A DNA stretch of 55,035 nt from NCBI GenBank assembly GCA_041688155.1, contig JBDNIW010000013.1, positions 1 through 55,035 on the forward strand. Direction: 5' to 3'. The notes below the pieces were generated by a model that was given only the letters and a program-made list of their open reading frames with translations, had not been told where the DNA came from and did no database searches. Positions 17,682-26,220 of this stretch are shown here, piece by piece. This DNA is from Minisyncoccota bacterium. GTDB lineage: Bacteria; Patescibacteriota; Minisyncoccia; Phycocordibacterales; UBA918. The position numbers were made by a program, and so were the translations under genes. The number at the start of each line of letters is the position of its first letter. Within the stretch, counting starts at the first letter, position 1.

Positions 17682-18641
17682 ATGTTGGAAACAAACGTCA
17701 CACTACCATCAAAGCCACGAGTGGTTAGCGAAGAAGATTTCAAAGGAGTTTTTGAAATCGATGGTCTGTACCCTGGGTACGGACATACGCTTGGTAACTC
17801 CCTTCGTCGCATCATCCTATCGTCTCTGCCAGGAGCCGCTATCACGCAGGTCAAAATCGATGGCGTTGAGCACGAATTCTCAACTCTGTCAGGAGTTAAG
17901 GAAGACGTTCTTACTATCCTGCTCAACCTAAGACGAGTACGGCTACAGCTCCACGGAGACGAGCCAATGACAGTGACCCTCAAAACTTCCGGCGCTGGTA
18001 TTGTGACAGCAAAAGACATTGTCACGCCATCTCAAGTTGAGATTCTCAACCCAGAGCAACACATTGCCGAAATCACCAACAAAACTGCAAAACTGAACAT
18101 CGAAATTACGGTAGAAAATGGTCTCGGCTACGTACCTCGTGAAGTCCACCAAAAAAACAAAGTCGAAATCGGCACGATTGCGCTTGATGCCGTGTTTACA
18201 CCAATCAGACGCGCTAACTACGAGGTAGAAAACATGCGTGTCGGTGACCGAACCGATTACAACCGTTTGCGTTTAGTAATCGAGACTGACGGCACGTACT
18301 CTGCCCGAGAAGCGCTTGAGAAGTCTATCGAAGTCATGATCCACCAACTGAAATCAATTATCGGTTTCCAGGATCAAAAGGAAGTAAAAACTCCCGAAGC
18401 ACCAACAGCAGCTGAAGATACAAAAAATGAGCCAGATCCAGAAGTACTCAAAACGCGAATTGAGACACTAGATTTATCCGCTCGCACCTTACAAGCACTC
18501 GAGGACGCTAGCATCCGAACCATCGGAGGTCTTGTCAGAAAGAAAAAAGATGATATCCTAGCGCTCGACGGCATCGGACCAAAAGGAGTAGCCGAAGTAG
18601 AAACTCTCCTTGGCCAGATGAACCTCACTCTTGAAGTATAA
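17682..18641 (+). CDS. rpoA: DNA-directed RNA polymerase alpha subunit
   Basis: GYGHTLGNSLRRIILSSLPGAAIT N-terminal domain and C-terminal LDLSARTLQALEDASIRTIGGL domain. Confidence 0.95.
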   Translation: MLETNVTLPSKPRVVSEEDFKGVFEIDGLYPGYGHTLGNSLRRIILSSLPGAAITQVKIDGVEHEFSTLSGVKEDVLTILLNLRRVRLQLHGDEPMTVTLKTSGAGIVTAKDIVTPSQVEILNPEQHIAEITNKTAKLNIEITVENGLGYVPREVHQKNKVEIGTIALDAVFTPIRRANYEVENMRVGDRTDYNRLRLVIETDGTYSAREALEKSIEVMIHQLKSIIGFQDQKEVKTPEAPTAAEDTKNEPDPEVLKTRIETLDLSARTLQALEDASIRTIGGLVRKKKDDILALDGIGPKGVAEVETLLGQMNLTLEV

Positions 18642-18646
18642 TTATT

Positions 18647-19000
18647 ATGAAGCACGCTAATAAAAACCGAACCCTAGGACGATCTCGCTCACAGCGAACG
18701 GCTCTGTTACGTGGTCTGTCAGTCTCACTTATCCGGGACGGTCAAATCACCACCTCTCTGGCCAAAGCCAAAGAGATCCAACCTCGAATCGAGAAACTAG
18801 TTACACATGCCAAAACAGACAGTGTGGCATCACGTCGCCTGGTGGCGAGCAAGCTGGGTGAACCGCAAGACATCACTATCCAAAAACTGTTTGGCGAAAT
18901 CGCTCCCAAATTTGCTGACCGCAACGGAGGCTACACTCGAGTGATCAAACTAGGTCAAACTGGTGGTCGGCCAGAAGCAGTAATCGAGTTTGTCGCCTAA
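18647..19000 (+). CDS. rplQ: 50S ribosomal protein L17
   Basis: LGRSRSQRTALLRGL...ITTSLAKAKE..P..EKLVT...GGYTRV. Confidence 0.95.
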   Translation: MKHANKNRTLGRSRSQRTALLRGLSVSLIRDGQITTSLAKAKEIQPRIEKLVTHAKTDSVASRRLVASKLGEPQDITIQKLFGEIAPKFADRNGGYTRVIKLGQTGGRPEAVIEFVA

Positions 19001-19009
19001 CTTCTGCCT

Positions 19010-19390
19010 ATGACTAAAAAAATCGAATCATTTAAAAAAGCCACAGGAGACACCTACACTATTGACGCTGCTGACAAGCGAATGGGGAGAGTAGCTACAG
19101 AAGCTGCCACTATATTGATGGGTAAAAACCGCGCTGATTTTGCTAAACACGAAATGTCAGACGTCGTAGTTACCATCACCAACGCTGGTAAACTGGACAT
19201 CCCAGAAAAGAAAAAGGCGGAAATCTATCAGTCTTTCTCTGGGTGGCCAGGTGGGCGCAAAACAGAAACTTTGGAGCACCTGCGCGTGCGCCGAGGGATT
19301 GCTGAGGTAATGCACCGAACAATCGGCGGCATGCTTCCACAAAACAAACACAAGAAGCGACTTTTAAAACAATTAATAATTACTGAGTAA
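19010..19390 (+). CDS. rplM: 50S ribosomal protein L13
   Basis: ID A.. .GR.A...A..L.GK pattern, GMLPQNK; followed by rpsI. Confidence 0.9.
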   Translation: MTKKIESFKKATGDTYTIDAADKRMGRVATEAATILMGKNRADFAKHEMSDVVVTITNAGKLDIPEKKKAEIYQSFSGWPGGRKTETLEHLRVRRGIAEVMHRTIGGMLPQNKHKKRLLKQLIITE

Positions 19391-19391
19391 T

Positions 19392-19793
19392 ATGGCTATT
19401 GCAACCTACATCGAAGGCATCGGACGGCGAAAGACTGCGTCTGCTCGGGTGCGGCTTACGCCAGCTGACAAAACCACCGTAGTCGTCAACGACAAGGCAA
19501 TCGAAGCCTATTTCCCAGTTTTAGCGCACCAGAAAGACATCATGTCTGTCCTTGAGACAGCTGACGCTGGTATTGAGAACTACACCATCACCGCCAAGGT
19601 ACACGGTGGCGGTACGTCTTCACAAGCCGAAGCTATCCGACTCGGGATTGCTCGGTCACTAGTGAAGGAAAAGATAGAACGACGAGGAGTACTCAAGGCC
19701 CTTGGATTCCTCAAACGAGATCCACGGTCAGTAGAACGAAAGAAGCCGGGACTACGGAAGGCTCGAAAACGAGCAGCTTGGTCTAAACGGTAG
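19392..19793 (+). CDS. rpsI: 30S ribosomal protein S9
   Basis: GRRKTASARVRL...GGG.SSQAEAIRLGIARSL...RDPR..ERKKPG..KARK..WSKR. Confidence 0.95.
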   Translation: MAIATYIEGIGRRKTASARVRLTPADKTTVVVNDKAIEAYFPVLAHQKDIMSVLETADAGIENYTITAKVHGGGTSSQAEAIRLGIARSLVKEKIERRGVLKALGFLKRDPRSVERKKPGLRKARKRAAWSKR

Positions 19794-19811
19794 AAATCTA
19801 CCGTTTAGACC
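19780..19811 (+). other. 14-bp perfect hairpin spanning the rpsI stop codon and the 5' consensus of repeat unit A
   Basis: GGTCTAAACGGTAG-aaat-CTACCGTTTAGACC. Confidence 0.7.
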
Positions 19812-19923
19812 GGTCCTAGCGAGAGCTAGGAATCGTCGATGTTTACGAGACGATAGGAGGGAACAAATATTATTACGTTCTGGGTCGTCCAACAAAGCCA
19901 CCAATCTCTGGTGGTTTTTGTTT
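19798..19923 (+). ncRNA. structured repeat unit A (hairpin CCTAGC-GAGA-GCTAGG, hairpin ATCGTC..GACGAT, TAGGAGGGAA, terminator)
   Basis: First of 4 tandem paralogous units; ends with CCACCA-atctc-TGGTGG hairpin (19898-19914) plus T-run. Confidence 0.55.
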
Positions 19924-20039
19924 ACTCCGGTCCCGAAGGGATCGCCGATATGAAGCGAAGCGGAAGCAGGCGAAGGTGGGAACCGAGTATCAAACTATGC
20001 TGAAGAAAAAGAGAGTCACCCTGACTCTCTTTAGCGTTT
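19924..20039 (+). ncRNA. structured repeat unit B (divergent: TCCC-GAA-GGGA, TCGCC..GGCGA, AGGTGGGAA, terminator)
   Basis: Same architecture with different but still complementary stems; AGAGAGTCA-ccc-TGACTCTCT hairpin 20010-20030. Confidence 0.5.
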
Positions 20040-20157
20040 ACTCCAATCCTAGCGAGAGCTAGGAATCGTCGATGTTTACGAGACGATAGGAGGGAAGAAC
20101 GTCACATTGTGACAGGCGTCCATCGAAGCCACCAAACATTGGTGGCTTTCTCCGTTT
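20040..20157 (+). ncRNA. structured repeat unit C
   Basis: Near-identical core to unit A; AAGCCACCA-aacat-TGGTGGCTT hairpin 20126-20148 plus T-rich tail. Confidence 0.55.
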
Positions 20158-20313
20158 AGACCGGTCCTAGCGAGAGCTAGGAATCGCCGATGTTTACAAG
20201 GTGAATGCTGAAAGCAGAGAGGGTGCCCTGGGGTACGAGACGATAGAAGGGAAGAACGTCAGTCTAGTGACAGGCGTCCAGCAGAGCCACCATGTACGGT
20301 GGCTTTTGTTTTG
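20158..20313 (+). ncRNA. structured repeat unit D (with ~40-nt insertion in second hairpin)
   Basis: Same 5' core; insertion 20195-20233; AGCCACC-atgtac-GGTGGCT hairpin 20285-20304 plus TTTTGTTTTG. Confidence 0.55.
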
Positions 20314-20372
20314 TCTCACTGTAAAATTTGTATCCGCCGCTGGACATTTAACAGCTCACAAAACCACACTTC

Positions 20373-20401
20373 TTTACAGCAATCTCGTTTAGCTTTATAA
20401 T
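20373..20401 (+). promoter_or_regulatory. sigma-70-type promoter TTTACA-17 nt-TATAAT, 9 nt before grpE ATG
   Basis: Read directly. Confidence 0.55.
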
Positions 20402-20410
20402 GCATGTCGT

Positions 20411-21016
20411 ATGGTGAATAATGATAATGACAACAACGAAGAATACGAGGACATCACTGACGAACTGACAGATACGACTGAACCGGATATTGAAGACATT
20501 GAAGAAGCTGAAGCTGGAAAACTTAAAAAATTACGAGACAAATTAAAGACGGCCGATGAAGGCAAACGTTCGGCTCTCGAGGAGCTGGCTAGCGTGCGCG
20601 CTGACTTCCTTAATGCTCGTCGCAGACTAGAGGAAGACACCAAGCGCACCATCGAGCGCAAGACCATCAGACACATGGAAGCACTGCTACCCCTGGCCGA
20701 TAGCTTCCATATGGCAATGGCTAATAGGGAAGTATGGGAGAAAGCAGACCCCATCTGGCGTAAAGGCGTCGAAGGGATCAACGCGCAACTAATGCAGATC
20801 CTCCGCGATAACGGCGTGACAGCCGTCGACCCAACCGGAGAAGTGTTCGACCCCGCCAAGCACGAGGCCATCGGCACAACCCCCGTGTCAGAAAATCTGG
20901 TAGATACCGTAGTACTAGTTATGCAGCAAGGCTATGAGATGACCATTGGCAGCAAGACAGAATTGATCAGACCAGCCCGCGTAACTACCGGAACATTGCA
21001 AGAATCAGAAGACTAA
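20411..21016 (+). CDS. grpE: nucleotide exchange factor GrpE
   Basis: Acidic N-terminus, coiled coil, LLPLADSF..A, DPTGEVFDPAKHEAIG. Confidence 0.9.
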   Translation: MVNNDNDNNEEYEDITDELTDTTEPDIEDIEEAEAGKLKKLRDKLKTADEGKRSALEELASVRADFLNARRRLEEDTKRTIERKTIRHMEALLPLADSFHMAMANREVWEKADPIWRKGVEGINAQLMQILRDNGVTAVDPTGEVFDPAKHEAIGTTPVSENLVDTVVLVMQQGYEMTIGSKTELIRPARVTTGTLQESED

Positions 21017-21047
21017 AGACTACTAGCTAACCACTAAAAACTATCAT

Positions 21048-22973
21048 ATGGCAAAAATATTAGGAATCGACCTTGGAACCACCAACTCAGCAATCGCAGT
21101 GATTGAAGCTGGTGAACCAGTCATCATCGAAAACAGTGAGGGTGCGCGAACCACGCCGTCTATCGTTGCAATCAGTAAAGCCAACGAACGACTGGTGGGG
21201 CAGATTGCCAAGCGGCAAGCCGTGACCAACCCCACCAACACAATCTACGGGATCAAGCGGTTCATGGGGCATGACTTCACCGACGAGGTAGTCCAAAAAG
21301 ACATCGACGTTGTCCCGTACACTATCAAGAAAAGTGAATCCGGTGGCGTCATCGTCGAGCTCGACGGTAAGGACTACCGCCCAGAAGAAGTCTCTGCGAT
21401 GATCCTCAGCAAACTAAAAGCCGACGCGGAAGCAAAACTAGGGGAGAAAATTACCGAAGCGGTGATTACCGTACCGGCGTACTTTAATGACTCTCAACGC
21501 AAAGCCACCCAAGACGCTGGTAAGATTGCAGGACTAGACGTCAAGCGAATCATCAACGAACCAACTGCTGCAGCGCTCGCGTACGGATTCAACAAGAAAA
21601 AAGAAGAGAAAATTGCCGTGTACGACTTTGGTGGTGGAACTTTTGATGTCACTATCCTCGAAGTAGGGGACGACGTAGTAGAGGTCCAAGCGACCGACGG
21701 AAACGCCCACATGGGTGGGCGAGATATCGACCAAGCGGTCGTGCGACACCTGATTGCAGAATTCAAGAAGTCAGACGGAGTAGACCTCGGTAAAGACAAA
21801 CTAGCTCTGCAGCGACTAGACGAGGCAGCTGAAAAGGCCAAGCTGGAACTGTCGAGTACTACCGAAAGTAACATTAACATTCCATTTATCTCTCAGGGTG
21901 CTGATGGACCACTCCACTTCGACGTAACTCTGACCCGATCAAAACTAGAAGAACTAGCGCACGAATACATCGACAAATCGATTGAAATCACCAAGCGCGC
22001 GCTCGAAGCGGCTGGTGTCAAAAAAGAAGACATCAACGAAGTGATCCTAGTGGGAGGACAAACCCGGATGCCAGCGATTCAAAAAGCCGTCAAGGATTTG
22101 TTTGGCAAGGAACCAAACCGGACCATCAACCCAGACGAGGTAGTGGCGCTCGGGGCAGCGATTCAGGCCGGGATTTTCCAAGGTGACGTCCAAGACATCA
22201 CCCTGGTTGATGTGATTCCACTATCACTTTCAATTGAGACGATGGGCAGTGTGGCGACCAAACTGATCGAGAAAAACACGCACATCCCCACCAAGAAATC
22301 CCAAACGTTTTCAACCGCGGCCGATAACCAAACCTCAACCGAAATCCACGTCGTGCAAGGCGAACGACCAATGGCGGCTGACAACAAATCCCTGGGAAAG
22401 TTTGTCCTAGACGGCATCCCACCGGCACCCCGTGGCGTCCCACAGGTAGAGGTCACGTTTGACGTCGATAGTAACGGTGTGCTCAACGTCACGGCCAAAG
22501 ACAAATCAACCGGCAAGGAACAATCAATCAAAATCGAAGCTAGTTCTGGTCTGACCGAGGAGGACATCGAGAAAATGAAGTCAGAAGCCGAAGAGCATGC
22601 CGGTGAAGACGCCAAAAAGAAGGAACTGATTGAGGCGCGCAACCTGGCTGAACAGCTCGTGTACACTGCCGAAAAATCAGTCAAAGACCACGCTGACGAC
22701 ATTCCAGCTGAAACCAAAGAGGATATAGAAACTAAAATCAAAGCGGTAAACGAAGCGAAAAGTGGTGAGGACAAAGCAATGATCACCACAGCGATCGAAG
22801 CCCTATCGGAATCACTCCAGAAAATCGGTGAGATCATGCAGAAAGCCGCCGAGGCAGCTCAGGCTGGTGCAGCTGATGGTGCCAAAACTGATGAAAGTAA
22901 GTCCGACGAACCCAAAGTTCATGAAGCAGAAGAGGTGAAGGAAGATAAGGATGAGACTGAAGATAAAAAATAG
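21048..22973 (+). CDS. dnaK: molecular chaperone DnaK (Hsp70)
   Basis: [29 protein letters not shown] signature motifs. Confidence 0.97.
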   Translation: MAKILGIDLGTTNSAIAVIEAGEPVIIENSEGARTTPSIVAISKANERLVGQIAKRQAVTNPTNTIYGIKRFMGHDFTDEVVQKDIDVVPYTIKKSESGGVIVELDGKDYRPEEVSAMILSKLKADAEAKLGEKITEAVITVPAYFNDSQRKATQDAGKIAGLDVKRIINEPTAAALAYGFNKKKEEKIAVYDFGGGTFDVTILEVGDDVVEVQATDGNAHMGGRDIDQAVVRHLIAEFKKSDGVDLGKDKLALQRLDEAAEKAKLELSSTTESNINIPFISQGADGPLHFDVTLTRSKLEELAHEYIDKSIEITKRALEAAGVKKEDINEVILVGGQTRMPAIQKAVKDLFGKEPNRTINPDEVVALGAAIQAGIFQGDVQDITLVDVIPLSLSIETMGSVATKLIEKNTHIPTKKSQTFSTAADNQTSTEIHVVQGERPMAADNKSLGKFVLDGIPPAPRGVPQVEVTFDVDSNGVLNVTAKDKSTGKEQSIKIEASSGLTEEDIEKMKSEAEEHAGEDAKKKELIEARNLAEQLVYTAEKSVKDHADDIPAETKEDIETKIKAVNEAKSGEDKAMITTAIEALSESLQKIGEIMQKAAEAAQAGAADGAKTDESKSDEPKVHEAEEVKEDKDETEDKK

Positions 22974-23267
22974 TTGGTGAGGATGAGTAACAGTGTGACA
23001 ATCTTTTCGGCGGCACACTCGACTCCTGACGCCGCTTGATGCACACACTAAATAACCGTTGCGGTGAGGCTGACAATCATTACGGCTGACTGATAAAAGT
23101 ACTACTAGACCATAAAACAGGAAAGCCATCTCAGCGAGTGATTAGGATGTACACTCAGGAAGAATGATTAGAGTGTAATCATGAAAACCTCGCCAGACTA
23201 TTGCAAAACCAACGTTACCGCCACTCATGGAACCAGAACCCAACTGAACTCTTGCAAAACCAACATT
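22972..23267 (+). repeat. composite inverted-repeat intergenic element, copy 1 (dnaK|dnaJ)
   Basis: Left arm from GTTGGTGAGG..CAGTGTGACAATCTTTTCGG; right arm TACACTC..GAGTGTA..CCTCGCCAGACTATT; conserved right flank CCCAAC..AACTCTTGCAA. Confidence 0.7.
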
Positions 23268-23280
23268 GAACGCGTACCAT
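23252..23280 (+). promoter_or_regulatory. TTGCAA-17 nt-TACCAT, 10 nt before dnaJ ATG
   Basis: Read directly; the -35 lies in the conserved right flank of repeat copy 1. Confidence 0.4.
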
Positions 23281-23290
23281 TGCTACACAT

Positions 23291-24346
23291 ATGAAAGACT
23301 ACTACGAAATCTTGGGACTTAAAAAAGGCGCTAGTAAAGACGAGGTAAAAAAGGCCTTTCGTAAAAAAGCGGCTGAGCACCACCCCGACAAAAAAACTGG
23401 TAACGAAGAAAAATACAAAGAGGTCACCGAGGCCTACGCGGTACTTAATGACGACAAGAAAAAAGCTGAGTACGATACCTACGGTCAGTCGTTCAACGGT
23501 GCTGGTGGCGGGCAAGGTGGTGGCGGTGGATTTGATTTCTCTGGGTTCCAGCAGGGTGGGGTAGAGTTCGATATGAATGATATCTTTTCTCAGTTTGGAT
23601 TTGGTGGTGGTGGTCGACAACAAGCTAAACGTGGTCGAGACATCTCGATTGACATCAACCTCAAGTTTGAAGATGCGGTGTTTGGAGTCACGCGCAAGGT
23701 ACTCCTAACCAAAAACAACACCTGTACAACCTGTAAGGGTGACGGTGCCAAACCAGGCACCGCGCTTGAGAACTGTACAACCTGTAATGGCCAAGGCCGC
23801 GTCCGTGAACAACGGCAAAGCTTCATGGGACCAGTGGATACGGTGCGCGAATGCAACACTTGTAACGGTACTGGTAAAGTACCTAAGGAACGTTGTGGTA
23901 CCTGTGCTGGTGCTGGTGTAGCCAAAGCCGAAGAAGAAATCGGTATCAAAATCCCAGCCGGGATTCAGAACGGGGAAGTCATCCGCATGACCAGTCGCGG
24001 GGAAGCGGTGCCAGGTGGGCAGTCAGGTGACCTATACATCAAAATCCACGCTGAACCACACAAAACTATCAAGCGTGATGGCACAACACTATCGAGCACA
24101 CTACCAATCAAGCTCACTGACGCCCTGCTTGGCGCCATGTACAGCGTGCAGACCCTTGATGGAGCAGTAGACATCCGCATCCCAGCCGGTGTCACCCACC
24201 ACGAACTCATCCGCATCAAAGAAAAAGGTGTCCCGAGTGACCGGGGTCGTGGCGACTTTATGGTCAAAGTGAGTGTCGAAACTCCAAAGAAGTTGTCTGC
24301 GAAAGCCAGGAAGCTGGTAGAGGAGTTGCAAGGGGAAGGAATATAA
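23291..24346 (+). CDS. dnaJ: molecular chaperone DnaJ
   Basis: J-domain HPD (EHHPDKK), G/F region, four CxxCxGxG zinc-finger repeats. Confidence 0.95.
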   Translation: MKDYYEILGLKKGASKDEVKKAFRKKAAEHHPDKKTGNEEKYKEVTEAYAVLNDDKKKAEYDTYGQSFNGAGGGQGGGGGFDFSGFQQGGVEFDMNDIFSQFGFGGGGRQQAKRGRDISIDINLKFEDAVFGVTRKVLLTKNNTCTTCKGDGAKPGTALENCTTCNGQGRVREQRQSFMGPVDTVRECNTCNGTGKVPKERCGTCAGAGVAKAEEEIGIKIPAGIQNGEVIRMTSRGEAVPGGQSGDLYIKIHAEPHKTIKRDGTTLSSTLPIKLTDALLGAMYSVQTLDGAVDIRIPAGVTHHELIRIKEKGVPSDRGRGDFMVKVSVETPKKLSAKARKLVEELQGEGI

Positions 24347-24358
24347 CCTGAGCCGTGT

Positions 24359-24597
24359 AACTTGGTGAGAAATAGTGTGACGGTCTTTTCGGTTACTTGC
24401 TCGACTCGCGTTCGCTCCCTGAGCAAACAAACCAAACGCCCGTTGTGGTATAGCCGGTGTACTTTACCGCTGACTAAATGTAAACGCTTGAATCACTTAC
24501 GCGCTGAGAACTACAGCGAATGTTATCGCATGCACGAGGGAGTTCGACACGCGCGTATCGCCGATATGCTCGCCCGACTATTTCATGCCAACACTCC
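24359..24597 (+). repeat. composite inverted-repeat intergenic element, copy 2 (dnaJ|yigZ-like)
   Basis: Left arm AATAGTGTGACGGTCTTTTCGG..TTGCTC[18 nt]GAGCAA..CCGTTGTGG; right arm shortened but ends GCTCGCCCGACTATTTC. Confidence 0.7.
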
Positions 24598-24621
24598 GCC
24601 AGTCTAGTACTATTGCAGACA

Positions 24622-25035
24622 ATGTCCCAACCGCCCCGATTTGATTTTGAAGATAAGAAAATTCCTCAGACTGAGTTTGTTTTACATGAGCAGATTATCT
24701 CTGACCGGGGGAGTCGATACTCGGTGTCGGTGGGGCGGGTGCAGGGACGGGCAGACATCAAGCTGTTTTTGCAACGGTTGAAGCAAAACAAAAAATACGC
24801 TACGGCTACCCACAACAGCTGGGCTGCGCGCATTTCACAAGACGGTCTGATTTATGAAACCAAGTCAGACGACGGTGAGACTGGCGCCGGGATGGTGATC
24901 CTCCGCATCATGCAAAAAGAACAAGTGAACGACTGCGTCATCTGTGTGACTCGCTGGTTTGGCGGCACCAAACTAATGGGCGACCGATTCAAACATGTGC
25001 AGGACGCCACAAAGTACGCAATTAATCAGTTATAA
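24622..25035 (+). CDS. IMPACT/YigZ family (UPF0029) protein
   Basis: DRGSRYS...ATHNSWAAR...SDDGETGAGMVIL...VTRWFGGTKLMGDRF; start set at ATG 24622 downstream of the repeat element. Confidence 0.8.
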   Translation: MSQPPRFDFEDKKIPQTEFVLHEQIISDRGSRYSVSVGRVQGRADIKLFLQRLKQNKKYATATHNSWAARISQDGLIYETKSDDGETGAGMVILRIMQKEQVNDCVICVTRWFGGTKLMGDRFKHVQDATKYAINQL

Positions 25036-25042
25036 TTAAAGT

Positions 25043-25528
25043 ATGGACTGGGGATTAATTATTGTTTTTTTATTTGAGATTTCTTATCTCTTGGCAGTGT
25101 TCATGTTGTTTATGGTTTGGGCGACAATCCGGGGGAGGCAAGCAATGATTAATCTTATTATTGGCCTCTATTTAGCGCTTTTGTTACTGGTTGAATTTCC
25201 CCACACCAGTTACCTAACAGATAATCTTGGCAGTGGCCTTGCACAATCGGTTGGTAAACTGATGCTGTTTGCAGTGTTTACTATCTTGATGACCTGGCTT
25301 TGCTACCGGATAATGCCGGATGAATTCCAGGAGAAGAAATTCGAAAGTTACTTTAAAAAGTTCTTGCTTGCTGGTGCTGCGAGTATCCTAGTGATGGCGT
25401 TTAGTTTCCACGTCTTACCAGTAACGGAATTTCTCACCCCGGGCACCCCGCTGCAGACATTATTTGCACCAGAAGGCTACTTTTTTTGGTGGCTAATGGT
25501 ACCTCTAGTAATCCTTTTTTTGTTGTAA
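25043..25528 (+). CDS. hypothetical integral membrane protein
   Basis: 161-aa ORF with about 4 hydrophobic helices. Confidence 0.5.
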   Translation: MDWGLIIVFLFEISYLLAVFMLFMVWATIRGRQAMINLIIGLYLALLLLVEFPHTSYLTDNLGSGLAQSVGKLMLFAVFTILMTWLCYRIMPDEFQEKKFESYFKKFLLAGAASILVMAFSFHVLPVTEFLTPGTPLQTLFAPEGYFFWWLMVPLVILFLL

Positions 25529-25620
25529 CGCAGTAATTTTTGCTATCAACAGACGTTTTGTATGTAGTTAAACCAATCTATGTTTTAATACATTCCCGTT
25601 AGAAGAAATGAGGGATAAGA

Positions 25621-26127
25621 ATGACAACTACAATATGTTTTGCAGACAAAAAGTTTGCAGAATGTGTCGACTTTTGTTTGGCACTGGATAAAAAATGTTT
25701 TCCACAACAAATGTGGTTAGACAACGATGAAATAGATAGCCTACTGGAGGCAGAGGCTTGGGTAACAACTCTGACATATAATCGACTAGAGATTGGTCTC
25801 GCTATTATAATTCCAGAAATAGCAGCCGGCAAACTACTTGAAGACATCGATAGACAATTTACACCTACCAGACTAGGGGCATATTCATACTCAGAGGCAA
25901 TAGATCCCCAATTCCAAAGACGGGGTATCGGTCCTCTTCTTCTAAAGGAAACTCAGCTCTTTACATCCCGACGTGGATTCACGACCCTGTCGGCACATGT
26001 TCGCACTAAATTCAGGTGGAACGAAACACGGAATAGACACCTAGAGGTGATTGAAAGTCGACCAGTCGAAGACTTCTGGCCGGCCACTCTACAAGAGCCA
26101 GTTATGTTCCAAGACGCTTGCATTTAG
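25621..26127 (+). CDS. GNAT family N-acetyltransferase
   Basis: QFQRRGIGPLLLKE acetyl-CoA motif A; GAGGG Shine-Dalgarno-like site 7 nt upstream. Confidence 0.7.
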   Translation: MTTTICFADKKFAECVDFCLALDKKCFPQQMWLDNDEIDSLLEAEAWVTTLTYNRLEIGLAIIIPEIAAGKLLEDIDRQFTPTRLGAYSYSEAIDPQFQRRGIGPLLLKETQLFTSRRGFTTLSAHVRTKFRWNETRNRHLEVIESRPVEDFWPATLQEPVMFQDACI

Positions 26128-26132
26128 TATAA

Positions 26133-26160
26133 AGCTACCAGCTTGACTGGTAGCTTTTTA
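26133..26160 (+). terminator. intrinsic terminator after GNAT gene
   Basis: AGCTACCAG-cttga-CTGGTAGCT followed by TTTTTA. Confidence 0.75.
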
Positions 26161-26190
26161 TATATACGCTCTTTGATTACACAAAGAAAA

Positions 26191-26216
26191 GACTGCACAG
26201 GAATATCTGTGCAGTC
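26191..26216 (-). terminator. intrinsic terminator after EamA transporter gene
   Basis: GACTGCACAG-gaatat-CTGTGCAGTC; T-rich tract on the minus strand (TCTTTTCTTTG). Confidence 0.7.
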
Positions 26217-26220
26217 ATTT

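Noticed and set aside
19839-19856. Mini-ORF ATG TTT ACG AGA CGA TAG (MFTRR) inside units A and C (MFTR in D), preceded by AGGAA
   Set aside because: The ATG and stop lie within the loop and 3' strand of the conserved hairpin. Unit B has an unrelated 17-codon ORF instead. Conservation is better explained by RNA structure, but a leader peptide cannot be fully excluded without ribosome profiling.
19798-20313. Possible CRISPR array, given direct repeats of about 55 nt with roughly 60-nt intervening sequence
   Set aside because: Only 3-4 units are present. The repeats are longer than CRISPR repeats and not identical. One unit is diverged with compensatory stem changes. The 'spacers' are themselves homologous and each contains a terminator hairpin. 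No cas genes are present.
20314-20410. CIRCE (TTAGCACTC-N9-GAGTGCTAA) or HAIR (CTTGAGT-N7-ACTCAAG) heat-shock operator upstream of grpE-dnaK-dnaJ
   Set aside because: Neither inverted repeat is present near the grpE promoter or in the dnaK-dnaJ spacer, and no hrcA/hspR gene is in the window.
22163-22837. Long antisense ORFs inside dnaK (224 aa), and similar antisense ORFs in dnaJ, alaS, dac, ROK, SPFH (49426-49875) and others
   Set aside because: They overlap strongly supported genes on the opposite strand. They have low-complexity Ser/Ala/Arg-rich translations typical of antisense frames, and they lack promoters.
24362-24607. 81-aa ORF spanning repeat copy 2, with similar VT(V/L/I)F(S/L).. 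reading frames in copies 1, 3 and 4
   Set aside because: Indels of 1-2 nt between copies shift the frame, so downstream peptides are unrelated. Stops occur at different places. Nucleotide conservation without amino-acid conservation indicates a noncoding repeat.
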